The translations under genes were made by a program, and so were the position numbers. This document shows positions 12,613 to 26,600 of a stretch of 64,000 nt of DNA, in pieces. The DNA is from Lingula anatina. Its lineage: Eukaryota > Animalia > Brachiopoda. Each line of letters opens with the position of its first letter. Position 1 is the first letter of the stretch. A model generated the notes under the pieces. It made no database searches, was not told the origin of the DNA, and saw nothing but the letters and a program-made list of their open reading frames with translations. The stretch covers positions 12,090,001-12,154,000 of the forward strand of contig CM120645.1 of assembly GCA_051362555.1 (NCBI GenBank), in the 5' to 3' direction.

Positions 12613-13820
12613 TCAAACCACCAAAAGAGCCTGCCCCAACAAGCTGCCGATGGCAACAAAAAGAGTAAACCAAACGGACACAAGATAAGAGGGCGCGTTA
12701 TTCCCGCCAGCGTCAACAACAGCACGTGGAACGGCTGTAGACAGTGTTGGATCAAACCCCGTGGATGTCCCTCGATCACCGTTACCAGTAGCTACGGAAT
12801 TATTACCAGGCTGAGTGGCAGAAGAGGGCGTGGTCGTGGTAGCATTGGGCGTGGCAGTAGGAGTTGCAGTGAGGGTTGTAGTGGTAAGCCTGGTCGAAGT
12901 ACTGGGCTTAGAAGTTGTAGTAGGAGTGGTCGTGGTCGTGGTGGTGGGCGTGGTAGAGGGCGTGGTAGATGGCGTGGATGTGGGCGTTGGAGTGGTGAGC
13001 CTGGTCGAGGTTTTAGTGGTCTGCATTGTTGTAGTACTGGACTCAGAAGTTGCAGTAGGAGTGGTCGTAGGCGTGGTAGAGGGCGTGGAAGTAGGCGTGG
13101 TAGTGGTCGCAGTTAAAGCGGGCGTCGTTGATACTGGATCGTTACAAAAATCGCCGGTGCACGCGCAAACGTGCCCCCCGAAGGTAGCCAAGAGGCCCAT
13201 TCCTGCGAACATCTCGATAGTCGATTGAAAGGGCCCGAAATTGTTGTCAATATCCCAGCATCCTACAGGGAATTCCTGGCTGTTTGTTACTTCCCCGTCC
13301 CAGCATCCTGATACCCTTTGGTGTATAACAGCCGCCTCTGGTTCATCAGGCTAGAATTCAATACTTATCATTAGAGCATTAGTTCGTCTTTTTTTTCATT
13401 AATCATTCGTCCATGGATACGCTCCATTCACCAGGCTCATTCATTTAATGATTTGTTCGTTGGTTCATTCATTCATTCATTCAGTGATTCATCCCCCCCT
13501 CCCCTCCACACACACACACACATATTCTTTTATGAGTTTGTTCGGCCGTTTATTCTTGCATTCGCAGTACAACTCCTGCTATAAGCATGCCGCATTCAAT
13601 TGTAAACTTACCACCGAGAGTGAAAACGTAGTTATACCGCTCAAGCAGGTGGTGTCCGTTTGACAGTCGGTGTCGTTGTACTCAGCGGCGTCGCACGAGA
13701 CGTAGTTGAACTGGAGCGCTGATCCAACCATCCCGAGGGTCATTTGAAGGAGCATGTCATTGGTCCCATTGTAGCCAAGGGCAACATTGCTACACGCTTT
13801 ACATTTTGATGCGCATTCCA
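12613..13820 (-). CDS. Ly6/uPAR (three-finger, quiver-like) domain protein with Thr/Pro mucin stalk and probable GPI-anchor signal; first coding exon not fixed
   Basis: Exon 13820-13612 (acceptor tttttcag, donor gtaagt) and exon 13350-12613 (acceptor ttctag) join in frame. The 10-Cys pattern runs from KCKAC to VCACTGDFCN. It is followed by a ~100-aa T/P/S-rich tract and a hydrophobic C-terminus (YLVSVWFTLFVAIGSLLGQALLVV*). Confidence 0.8.
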
Positions 13821-15956
13821 CTGAAAAAAAATAATAACATAAAATAAAGAAAATATATATGTGTATGTGCGTTTATCCATACATTGATTTTGTCATGAAA
13901 ACGAAACCCTAATACTTTGTGATTACATTTTTGACAGGCAAGAAACTATAAGTTCAGTATTAAAAAGATCTTGAATATAAAAAATGAGACATTTTTCCTT
14001 AATTTGCTCAAAATTCTGTCCCGGTTTCATGCTCCTTACTTTCATGGCAGCGGATGGATTTTAAAGACATGTCTTCGTGTTGGTATTTTATTGAAACAGA
14101 TCGAAAGGAATAGGCTTTATTACGTGCAAAATCATACAAAAAATTATTTCGGTCTGATTCTAAATCCAAACTAAACCGTTGGGACCACTTTCACAGCCAG
14201 TAAGCTGTTGGTCTAAAATATTATATCACAAAGCCATGTTTCCTGCAGAGATAATAAATGTCATATGATATTCGTCTTTTTACTATTTGTATGCCACAGC
14301 ATTTCGTATTTAACAATTCTTTTTACCGTGATCTTCTTAAATGGTACAATTTACTACCATTTTACACGGTTATCTAACTGTCGCCAAAATGGTCATTATC
14401 AATTGCAATAATAGGTAAATTGGAACAATGAAAAAGACCGTTTGTCTTTCGTCAACTCATCTCTCTTGGTCTCATCCTTTCTGTCACAAAATCCTATCCA
14501 AAACTCCCCCCCCCCCAAAAAAAAAAAATAATAATAATAAATCAAATAGATAAATACATTAATCTACCCTGTCACGTTGAAGCCAATGGTTACAAAATCC
14601 CTAGACGTTATGTAACACCTCGCCACGCACAAATCACATTAGCCATTTTCTGTCACGACGTACATGCAAACAGCGCAATCGTTCCTGACTTCTGCGGACC
14701 ACATTACCGATTTCTCCACATGCACGCGAATGCTAAGCATGACCCAGTTCGCTTGATTTCCCTCTCCCAATTTACCTGTGACATAACAACGCCTTTCACT
14801 ATCAGACCATGCGCGCAGCATGCAATTGGGGAATTTCTGTTCCATCTTTCTGTTGCATATTAAATTGTAGTACTGTCTGCTTTGAGTTGCCTTTATTTGC
14901 TTAACGGTGTAACCTATCTGATAATATTTATATTTCACTGTGTATTTTCCTATTTAAAATCTGTTGACGTCTTTAAGACCTAAATGTTCGCATTTTTTTT
15001 AATCAAAGTGGCCTCGAAAACATGGTTATACAAGACTGCATTCACTCCAGAACTAATATCTTTTACAGACAGAGAAAGATTGTTCTTTATCACAGCTCAC
15101 TATCCTGTGCTTCCTTTTAAAGGAGACGAATGAAAAATTTGAGAGATACACACAGAGGCAAGCATTCATTTAAAAAGTTCAGCGCGTTATAAGCCGTCTA
15201 TTCGTATTGCCATGGGTGTCCTTTATCCTTGTGCAAAAACACAACTGACCACTGGACAGACTGTGGAATGCTTATCGTTAACGCATTTATGACGGTTGAC
15301 AATCTTGAAAAGTTGCAAAACAACCCGTCGGCTGAAATCGATCCCATGTTTTGATTATTTTTACTTCGGTCAAGGTTTGTGTTACAAGGCAGACGCAAAC
15401 GGAGAGCGTTTCTTTGTGTGAAAACAAACTTGAAAGCAAATAAAGGACAAAAGGAAAGCCTAATCCGCAAGTGACATAACAAAACTTTACAAAAATAAAT
15501 TATAATGATAAAAGAAATGGGAAAAGAGAGAGATCTAGAGAAGTACAAAAAATAAAAAATACCGGCCAACGGTCCTTCACGAATATACTTTACATGGATA
15601 CTTTAATGAGAACACTAATACTATTTGCCTCTCCGAACAGTTAACTCAGGTATATACTGTATAATATGATATAGAAAATCATATTGCGTTAATTTTGGTA
15701 TGAGAGGAGACTTATTAGCTATTGGGTATAATAACAGAAAGGGCGAAACACGGCGGCGTGTCGCATCCATAACTGAACGTACCTTTACAGTTATAACCCA
15801 GCTAGTATTATTTTTACTCTGAAAGAAATCGCTCAACCTTTTCATTATCCTATAATGGAACACAGAAATATTTATAGTTCTAGATTTTTCATTTTACATA
15901 ATTACAACAGCAAACCCCGCTACTCTTATTTCATAATTTGCGGGAGGTTGTTATCT

Positions 15957-16240
15957 CGCACTTATAATAGAGGTCTTCTCATACCAAGATCGATCTAACA
16001 GGATCGCTCCATCTCCGAGGGGTTTCTAGCTAAATTGCTTTCAGCTTAAGCGGTTTAGATGTTTGGCACGTCTACTGAAGCTGTTAAACGATAATTGATT
16101 TCCCCCTACCAGCTTCAGTAGGCGTGACAGACATCTAAGCCGCCGAAGTTGATTGCAATTTAGCGAGAATCCCCTCGGAGATAGATCGATTTACAGTTAG
16201 TACGATAGGGTCTGGGAATGGTCCCTTAGATAATTATGCG
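15957..16240. mobile_element. Fold-back / MITE-like long imperfect inverted repeat
   Basis: atctccgaggggtttctagctaaattgc (16011-16038) matches the reverse complement of 16155-16182 at 26/28 positions. ctactgaagctg (16072) pairs with cagcttcagtag (16110). The arms extend ~125 bp each side of a ~26-nt loop. Confidence 0.75.
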
Positions 16241-16689
16241 GCGCTCTCTCTCTGTCTCTCTCTCTCTCTCTCTGTCCATTGTTATTGTCTTTATTGGTAT
16301 GCTGAGTGTCTGTTCATATGACAAAATACTTCATATCCTTTCATGGATGAAATCACTGACAGCATCATTAAACCAGGATTAAATGGCTCAGTGGGTTTAA
16401 ATTCATGTCCTTGAACTCGCTAGTTCAAAGGTTGCCTTTGACCAATGGAAACTTAAGCTAGAAGTACCAATATTAGATACTACACAAGCAGCCACCTCTT
16501 CAACAAATAGCATGTGGTATATGGGAAATAAGTGTTGTATGGACTGAAAAAATTTAAAAAATACCCATTTATTTGTTTCCTACTGTACCTCTAGATCTGC
16601 TGTCAAATATCAATAGCATTTCACATTGCAGCACACGTGCGAAGGCGCGCATGTTAATTGAGCGTTGAGTCGCACACGGGAGCACGAGT

Positions 16690-16727
<38 letters not shown>

Positions 16728-17334
16728 GGAGAGAAAGAAACCTTTAAGAGATGTACAACGCGTGATTTAGAAGCCTATGTTTTATTCCGCAGCAATATCC
16801 TGACATGGTAGTATATTTTCCGAACTGCGGATGCAAAAAACAAATCTAGGAATAAGTCTGACAATTTGGATGGAAAATTCTTGGAATTGGAAACTTTCTT
16901 ACTTCTGCTTTTCTTTCGGGTTATTTTGATATGTATTCTAATGATGCAGATTGGAGGTATTATGTTATGGTATAGAAAATAATGACTCACACGATTCTGT
17001 TATAAAATGTCAAACGTCTTAAGTTTTTTTCTACTGCTATAATTCAAAATGCCCCTCCGTTGATAAAGCACTGACGATTCATATCGAAATTATTTCATAT
17101 TTATACTAAATGTTTGATTATTAACGTTTACTTCTCACAAATGTATCCATTGTATAACCTGTAGATGAGAGTGCCTGCAAATTTATCTATGAACATTCAA
17201 GTACTCAAATAAAATTATTATTATGATTATTATTATTATTATGTAATAGTTATGACATAAGGATATCATATTATATCCATCACATGCACGTTTGCAACAT
17301 TTATCCATGACATAAACAACGCACAAGTTATTAA

Positions 17335-17672
17335 AGGGATAATAACTCTTCGTATGAGATCTATATTTCACAATAAAAGCATTGTGAATAACTCATAGAA
17401 ATATAATATATTCTGATTTACCACAAAAACAGCAGTTATAGCTATTATTCTGATATCTGAGCTTGTCTTCAGACCACGTGACCTCTACTGATGGCTATAC
17501 TCTATTAAAATCTCTTAAGAGATTTTAACAAAAAAAACAAACTTTTTAGAAAAAAACCAGGGAATATCTTTGAATGTAAAAATGGATTCATTAACCATTG
17601 GTAAGTATGGGAAAATTGTTGTTTACTCCAGGAAAATTCATTTTTTGGCCAAAACGAAGAGTTATTATCCCT
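17335..17672. mobile_element. Non-autonomous DNA transposon with TTAA target duplication (Kolobok-like MITE)
   Basis: Perfect 19-bp TIRs agggataataactcttcgt / acgaagagttattatccct, flanked by TTAA on both sides (17331-17334 and 17673-17676). A purine-starting TIR with a TTAA target fits Kolobok better than piggyBac. Confidence 0.8.
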
Positions 17673-18823
17673 TTAAGTGTTTTAAAAAAATTTTAAGTCC
17701 AACAGCGTTTAGACGAACGTGTGTACTATGGATGATAACACGAAGTGATCACGTATATACGAAATTTCTCCATATTTATAGTAGTTTTAGTTTCTAAGAT
17801 TAGAAAGATCAACGTGCACCTCGCTCTCCACAACAATGTCAACTACTAGTACACGTGGCATTAAATTTAATAAGAAGGATGGGTCTGGTAATACCTTTAA
17901 TATTACCTTAGTATCACCTGTTATACCTTTCACAGCTGTGATGGTTTACCTTACACATCTGTCATGTAGTAAACATCGTTTAAGTAATTAAAACATGAGC
18001 GGTTCAATAGTTATTGCGGCACGTACGATTTTTCTGACTAATTGCGTTAACTGTTCGCAAAAATAATTAAACTAGGTAACATTTATTAGATACATTTATG
18101 ATTAATTTGTTTGTTTATTCAGTTAATTGCCTATTGACAGGACATTTTGAAAAAGAATCATTCGATCGCTTACGGAGGTCCAATTAAAATATGCGCTGTC
18201 GTACCTGTTGACAACAAAAAGATCTTATTGATTCAAACATGCATTCTTTTGAAATAAATGCACCGTAGTGATGCGTTGTGAAAAAGCATCATAAATACCG
18301 GAAAAAAGGCATTCGAAGGAGTGCTTTAGCACAAAAAGCCACCTGTTTTATCTTAAACATGGTTTCACTTCCTAAAATTTATAAGTACCAAAATAAAATA
18401 AATGATAAAAAATCTTTAATGAGTATGTAAGTACGGAAAAACAAATGTCTCCTACCTTTGACGATGCAGAAGAAGATACACAGCACAGCAAACGCATGTC
18501 CTACAGTTCGACGATTGTCCCCCATGCTTTTGTTGAACCAGCCACACCCTTCTGGCGTACTTGTTATCAAAACCCTACAAAATATGCAAAATTATCAGCG
18601 CAAAAGCCCCGTCTACAAAAGTATACCTGACAGCAACGTGAACACCCCTATTATTGTACACACCTTAAGCCTCGTCCGTATTTATACGAACCCGAAGAGG
18701 TTGCAAGACCGAGTTAAATCTCTCTCGCATTCAAAAACTCTCACGGTTGTTTACTGGCTCATATAAACACTGCACGTATATGGTTTAACGCATTTATCCA
18801 ATATGCGGAGATGGTAATAATAC

Positions 18824-18935
18824 CCTGACCACACGAAACCAGCGTCACATTGAAACTAGGAGGCTGTTTGACCTTTGACCAATAATGTGTCGCTCCGCAC
18901 CAGGCAAGTAAAGCAAATATACTTGCAAGCAACAT
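18824..18935 (-). CDS. Candidate signal-peptide exon of the Ly6/uPAR gene
   Basis: An ATG at 18935 gives MLLASIFALLAWCGA..., with a pyrimidine-rich acceptor upstream (~18965). A phase-1 donor (G|gtatt at 18823) matches the phase-1 start of exon 13820. The donor is weak. Confidence 0.3.
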
Positions 18936-19272
18936 TTCAGATAAAAATCACTATGCTTCAGAGACTGATGTTTTAGAACAAAAATAATGAGTAAAAAGAT
19001 ACCGAGAAGATGAAACGCAGACGTGTAAATGGGTCTATTTTCTCTATCGAAGGTAAACATAACCAACAGTCAAACAAGGAGGATACGTACCTACGTCAAA
19101 TTGCTTGTTTGAGATCTATTTTAGAAAATTAAAAAATTGTGAAAATACAGTTATTTAAAACAGTATTTATTTAAAACACAAAAAATCATTTAAAGTTGTT
19201 TAAATCGAAAATTTTGTGAAAACAAGTTTACAGGGGCTAGAAAAATAGGTTTTTAGACTTACTTGAATGCAG

Positions 19273-19418
19273 GCCCGGTTTAACAAAAAACTTAAGTTAG
19301 TCCCTGGCTAAGAACTTTATTACCAAGGTTACCTGACCACATGGGCACATCTTGCCCTATCAGGAGCAGTATAACGGCAATCTCATGTAAATCCTAATCT
19401 AAGCCAGGGAACTAACTT

Positions 19419-19469
<51 letters not shown>

Positions 19470-19475
19470 TGGGGC
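19273..19475. mobile_element. MITE with 3-bp CAG target duplication (PIF/Harbinger-like)
   Basis: The left end gcccggtttaacaaaaaacttaagttagtccctggctaaga mirrors the right end tctaagccagggaactaacttaa(T~44)aaaactggggc. CAG lies at 19270-19272 and 19476-19478. Confidence 0.7.
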
Positions 19476-22400
19476 CAGGTCATTAAGGTTAAAGTGACAG
19501 CAAATAAAGCGTTTCACTCAAAAAAGTCCACAAACTTGGCTAAGTACTTAGTATCTTTGTATCAAAGAATGGCTGTGATTCGACGCTGTTGCTGTTTGAC
19601 AAAAGTAGGTTTTTTGTTGTTACACAATGGCTAAATAACAGCCAATATCGATGTGCAGATATACATGTTGGGCAAATATTTGTATAAAGCTGGAAAATCG
19701 TTGTGCGACGCTAAGTCATTCTTTTTATCACCTGCTTGCTCACTGTGAGGAGCACGATTTCTGTAAAACTTGTTTTACTAACAGTATTATCGTATTACAA
19801 ATGTGTACGATTCTTTTCCACATTTATGTATAAGATATATAAACATTAACTGTGTTTCTTCATTTTCTACCACCACCCAAATTCAGTGTGCAGTGAAATG
19901 TTTAGTTGGCAAGGGAGATTATCACAGCCATTCAGCTACTGCACTATAGGAATAGTGGGGGCCTCTTTGCAACCCCACAAACGAAATTTGTGCAAAAATC
20001 GTTTAAAAATAATAACTTTTGCTGACTCGTCACATCATAATTTTTAGGATGATGAGTCTTAATATTTCATATTTAATTTTTATCCCTAAGGCCATAACAT
20101 TTAATGCAGGCAACAATTTGCCACATTGTTATTATTGTTAAAATTATTAGGATAGTGAGTTTATATAATAAAAGCGGCCTTGTTTGGCCAAATCACGAAC
20201 ACCCGATAGTCTTTGTTGCCTTCTCTTTTGTTATGAACGGGACTATGCAAGTTTGTGGTGCACTGGGATGGAGGAGACATAAAATGATTCAAAATGCGTT
20301 TTCACAAAGATTGATATTCAGACACTTTTATATTGGAGGCATATATGTATATTCATTTACACTGCGGTGATATTATAATTGTGTTATATATACCGACAAA
20401 GAATGGCACTTACTTATTTTGTGAAAGATCGTGACTGCCACATACTGTGCTGAAGGGTATATTCCACATCATTAACTAAATCCTGTTTTCCTTTTAAAAT
20501 CCTTCTTATTTTACTGCCCGGTTAAATATGCATGATCGGGATCACGTTAACTCTCAATGGTTCAAGTGCGCTTAGCACACGAAACAGTCCACGGGAAATA
20601 AGATCTCACAGTTGCTGTATCACCTAACAGCATGGTGAAACAACTGAGAAATGTCACCGCTGGGACATGAAATGCGATAGCGGCGACACGAAGAATGCTG
20701 ACATATGAATTGTTTCATTTTCATGCACTACACAGCGTGCGTAAGGAGTAAGGAGCTAGTTTTTATAGATGTGTGTGTGTGTGTGCGCGCGCGTGTGCGT
20801 GTGTGTGTCGTACTCTGTGGGTCATACATATAGTCACCGTGAAAAATTTACCGGTACCGAAGCATATGGTTAAACAAACAAATATTTTTAACAATATACC
20901 GACCCGGCAAAATGCATCCAAATACATGTATGTGCGCACTTCCTCTTCAAATAGAATGGGCACAGTAAGATTGGAAATGTCACGCTGTGCCTTTTAACGT
21001 ATTATTGTCAAGCTGGATTGGCAAGATAGGACTTTTTGCACGGAAACGGTTCATACATAGTAAGAAAATTGTAGAATTGTGATCACTCCGCCTCTAATTT
21101 GAAATACATAGTGCGTCTTTCGGAAGAAAGAGGTCGAGTCTAAATTGATTATTAAAGAAGTAGGAGTTTAAGTTTTTGGGGTAGATTATTTTCATACCGT
21201 CTTAGCTAATATAAGCCATTCCTCACCGTGCAGCGAATCGACTTGTGCTGGTACAGCCGTACGCTATTTACGGTTCAAAATGACCCAAAGTCATTTGTAT
21301 GATTTAATATTCTTCGAAGCTTCGAAGCATTCCTAACTCACATTTGCCAGATGAAAAAACCCAGAATAAAAGTACCTGATAACGATATTATCTCTTGAAT
21401 ACTCCAGAAGGCTAGGTTCTTTAAACAGTTGTGATTTATCGAGAACAAAGTAATCTTTGAATAATTTAAAATTTTAATTAAAATCAGAAATCATACAAAA
21501 TATTGAATCCAAGTGAAAGCACGGGTCGAGCAATGATTTGTAGGTAGGGGAAAATGTTTTTTATTTTTATTTTTTTATTTTTTTATTTTTTTTTATTTTT
21601 TTTTTTTTTGACGAAAATCAAAATTGACGCAAATATCCCGTTGAGAATACTTTTACCTAACGTATACTGCACGGGATCTTTGCAATACACGGCGGAAACG
21701 GCTAAATGGCTCTCTTATTAGGAAGACATATGTTGACCAAAAGAAAAAAGGCACCCAGTAATGGAAGCATTCCAAGTAGATAAATTGTATGACTATTTAT
21801 GAGGATTAATTTGAAAGACTCTTACTAAAAATGTAGTGTTTTTATTATTTTATTTAGACAGAGATGTTAGTTTGCACAGTTTTTTTTTTTTTTTTTTTTT
21901 TTATGGAAAGAAGTGAAAAAAAATTTTTTTCACACGATCAAATATCTAGTAGCTTCAAATAAACGTACAAATATCTAGCCAAAGATCAAATCAAACAGTC
22001 AAAGTAAAGTGTCATAAAAATCTGAATGCTTATTTCTGTAATTCGAAACGCTAGTTATTTCTTTCGGGTTCAATAATTCACAACGATATTTATGAATTGC
22101 GATTGCTCGCATTTCGATTTTTTACGTGGTCATCTATTACCTTGGACTGATCAATACTTTTATGTATGATCATGTTTTTTGGGATATTGTCCAAACGATC
22201 TGATCAAATTCGATACTAACATTTTAACAAAACGATTATAAGTGGACAGGGTGGGAGTGTTATTTTAATTTTAATTTCAGAAATAGCTCTGTCGATGGCT
22301 ATTGTGAGAAAATAAGGATCGTTTAAAGCACACTAAAGGTGGTAAAATTGAAAGGAGAACGGAAGAAATTTAAGAAGAGCACGGGACAGGATTGATAGGT

Positions 22401-23621
22401 TAAAAAGGATATTCAGTGCATATCATGCAAACGTGTGCAATGAAGAAAGAATAATGACGTGGCTCAAGTTACCATATCTCTCTCCGCTGCCAATTTCGTG
22501 TATACGCGACAGTTTTTTCTTAAGAAACAGGAGGGGTCTACATAAAAAAGGAAATTTTAAAAAATGAACATGACAAATGTGTTAACTCTATTTCGAAGTA
22601 AATGATGTGAAATTCGCAGTGATTTAAACGATATTGTTTGATATATAAATTACCGGAAATTGAGACGTTTTAATTAATAGTCTTCAACCAGCCACATGTC
22701 GTCTGCGTAACGCATGCGCAGTCATCTTTTCCCTCTTTTGCACTTCTTAGGCTGGTGTTGTTGTTTATTAAAACTGAGATAAAACAGGCCTATGTTCCAT
22801 ACAGTATATTTATTAATGCTATTGTTTAATTTTTCTTTTTTTACGTGCTTCAGAAGTGGATATCAAACGGAAGAATCTTAAATCAAACCTGGTATCACTT
22901 TGAGAAACCCTGTAACGCTTTTGTCAGATTTATTGATCGTTTGAGAAATCTGGGGCAAGTTTTTTTCTTAATTGCTGAACATCCGTATCTTTCTTACGTT
23001 TTTTTCCAGCGCCTACTTAAATCAAGATAAATAGATCTTTTGCTTTTCAAGGATATTTTCTATTAATTAGAAAATAACAAACACGTAGATAGAGAGACAT
23101 AATAGCTTTTTTCCACACGTTTAGATTTTTAAAAAAGCTTAAAAATCCAATTGTTAAGTGACAGAATTTACATAATATGTACATCATAATGATTACGGAA
23201 AGAGACTGAAAGATCTATGCCAACAGATCCTCCCCAACCGCCATTTTCATTTTTTTTTCTCTAATTCAACATAGCCAAGCATATACCCCGCATGGTGACA
23301 CATAGAGAATCAATATCTGAAGTATTGTTCCCGCGGAAAACTTACACATTATTTGTCAAATATCATATCAGCGTTTCAAACGCAGCCCAATCGGGAATCG
23401 ATAGATCCTCCATCGCGCTCTAGCATATGTAAATGCAGGTTTGTCAATAACGGTAAACGAGGAACAATTATTGCACTGCGCGCCTTGGCGGTGAGCGTGA
23501 ACCCCGCGCTGTGACAGGCAGACGACATTGGAGCGGACACAAGCAGCCATTACGTTTTTGCGCCCTTGGTAAAAAGACCGTCTGCCGAATTATCGCTGAC
23601 TGGATACTTATTCAAAGAAGG

Positions 23622-26600
23622 ATGCTTCTGCGGATGTCAACGTTCTTAGTAGCTGTCACGCTACTAGCTGTCAGTACAGGTAAGTTAAATGAATGAAATG
23701 GCAGGACAGTTTTGGTACCACGTTCGATATTGATTACCTTCTATGGTGGGCCTACGGTAAACGACTAACTTTCCCTAACGTACAGGAACCTGCTCTCTAT
23801 CGCTTCCTCTATAATTGATGGAAAAACTACCACTGATGTCTAAAGACAGAAACAGAACCCTGTTGAGCACTTGTCGTTAGGAGGTTACATGTACATCTAC
23901 CAGATCAGCCTGCGAGGTGAAATTTTCCATCTGCTCGCAACATGTATACCATTTAGTCCTGAGATTTTCTTCATAACAAGGCATAGTCGTATTTTTTAAA
24001 TACTCAATCAAATGATCTACTTATTTTCTAAGAAAAGAAAAACATCGGAAATACCAACTGAAAAGAGATGCAGCAAAATTGGATTTTTTTGGTGTCTGAA
24101 TTTTATTTGTTGTAGGCTCTAATTCGTGATTTCTACGTTCAATTAATACTCTATTCGAGTGCATTATAAATTATCAGATAAATAACGGATAACTTTGTAG
24201 CAATGAAGCTAGGTATTTGACAAAAATGGCAAGATTTGAAAAAGTGGTCCGATAGGTTTGAATTTTCTACTTCGGCTGTCAGCCGATATTGATTATGTTG
24301 TATTGATTTCCGGTTTGCGTTCGATGAAGTGTGTTTGAATCATTTGTTCTTCTCTGATGTCATTGATACTGTTTATAAAAAGATTCGAAAACAAAAGAGC
24401 TGCATTGTTTATCGTCCTGACGAAGCAGAGGAAATATATAGAAGTTCGATACACGGCGATAAAAGAAAGGGCAGGATGCAAACAAACAGTATTTGCATTT
24501 TTTATATAAAAAAGTAAAATCGAACACTTGGCAAAACTCTCAAGCCTGAAGTTAATATTTTTGTGATTATCACATCTTTTTTCAATATGTAAAATCAGAC
24601 AGTTCCTGCCACAAAATCAATTTACACCATGCAATGCTTTGGACGGGAAAAGAGGACATCACTTTATCACGATTTCCATTTTTTTAGGAAATATTGATCA
24701 CATTTTATTTCCTCTTCAAAGAAATATGAAAAAAAATCACATTGGATTCATTTTCATTTGGTAAAAGTAACGAAAAATCAAGGCTATGGCAGTAAGTGTA
24801 AGTTGAATCCAAAAACGTTTGATGACCACGCATTTTCGGGATAACAATAATAGCCAAATCGGTAATCGATACGTTAGTAAGGTGAAGGTTCTCTCTTTTA
24901 TATAAAAAAGTTAGAGAGTGAGAAACTTATTATGATTATTTATTTTCTACACTCTTTGCCTCCGTGTACAAAGAAAATGACTGTTGTGCATGCTACCAGC
25001 AGTGAGGTCAGCGCATATATCCGTGCTGCAGCAATGCAAACAATGCACTATGATGCAAACATATACTCCTATAGTCATATTAGATTCTCTGCAAATGGTC
25101 GATAGAGCTAATTAAAACGGGAGTATGTCGACGCTCCCTTCCCTTAGAAAGCCAATAACGGACACTTTTTCTCTATTTTCTTGTGAATTTTACGTATTCC
25201 CTAAACGAAAATAGATGGATATATTCTACCAATTCTCGTAAGGAGTGTTCAACAAATTTTTCGACCTATTAACGTTTTCTCAACTTTTGAATTTCGAAGA
25301 AAGACCGTGGCTCGGCATACTAATCAACCTAGCTCAGCATTTTTTTAACCTTTCTGTAACACAACACACTGTATGTGAACGTTGTAGAATTTTTATTGAA
25401 AGACCCGCTGTGTTATTCTTTGACAATTAAAAAACCCCAAATCACGATACATAATTAGTTTAGATCTACACTTTTTCTTCAACGCAATCCCGGGCCTGGG
25501 TCTGAGTTCGATTACTTTGGTAAACAAGCCACATCTATATTTTTTCCGATGGTAGTCCAAAGCAAATTCCAATTTTTATACGTTTTTTATCAATTGTTCG
25601 GAAGCTTTTGGAAACTAGAAATGAAACAAAACTACGAAGAAATATAGAACGCACGGTAATAGATTATTGATAAAATAAAGGTTGAGTAGCACTGGAAACA
25701 GTATACTTGACTATTGTTAAATAATTAATTACTTCTTTTACAAAACGGGATATCGATTCAATTAGCCATTCAATCACCATATATAGGCGCAATGACACCC
25801 ATGGATCGCCCATACTATAAAACGAAAAAAGGATTAACTAAAATCAATATTGCACGAGCAATTTTTTTTTGCGAAAATGGAGAAAGCGATAAATAATGCA
25901 AAAAAAAAAAAATGAATAGAAAGCTATATTCAAAGCACGTACTTCCAGAAAAGCATAATAAAAAATGGATAGATTTCATCTTAGAAAAAGATTCAACTGA
26001 ATATCATGCGATATACTTAAGGGGAAGTTCATTTTTATTTCGCCAGAAGCTGAATTAGAATCAAATAATGAATGAAACTCTCGTTCTACATAGGTCGATC
26101 CAATTCCGGGGGACTCTTGCTTAACGCAATTAGATTAACAGATTAACACGCCTCCCCTTGTACTCCTATAACCACCGGTTTTCCCGTTTTCTCCTCTCCG
26201 CCAGGAGAAGGCATGTTAGTCTGTTGATCTGATTGCATTCAGCGAGAATCTTGCGGAGTTGGATCGATCTCCGTAGAACGATAGTTGCATTGGGAATAAG
26301 TCCGAAGAAAAAGCGGAATAAGTTGCTACTTTTTCCTCAAAGAAACACCCGCTTACTTCACAAAGTATAGACATAAAAAAAGGAAAAACGATATCCTTTT
26401 GATTAACCATCTTTAAAACAAATTCTCTCTGTTTTTATATTCCTATCTGTTGGGCGTTTTTGTTTCGACGCGCAGTCTCTATTTCTTTGTAGGGGCAGAC
26501 TGTTTCTTGCTGTCTTCTTCCTACAGTCAGCTTTTATATTCTTGACGCCTTGATACTTGTAAACAATTTTTGCAATACTGTCAACAATAAAAAAATCCTA

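Noticed and set aside
12284-12779. ORFs with THTH/VCVC runs (also at 20763-20997 and 58045-58291)
   Set aside because: They are translations of dinucleotide microsatellites.
12815-13228. Val-rich 137-aa ORF on the + strand
   Set aside because: It is the antisense shadow of the Thr-rich stalk of the minus-strand Ly6 gene.
22703-22722. NRF1-like cgcatgcgcag motif ~900 bp upstream of the giant gene
   Set aside because: A single short motif with no positional support.
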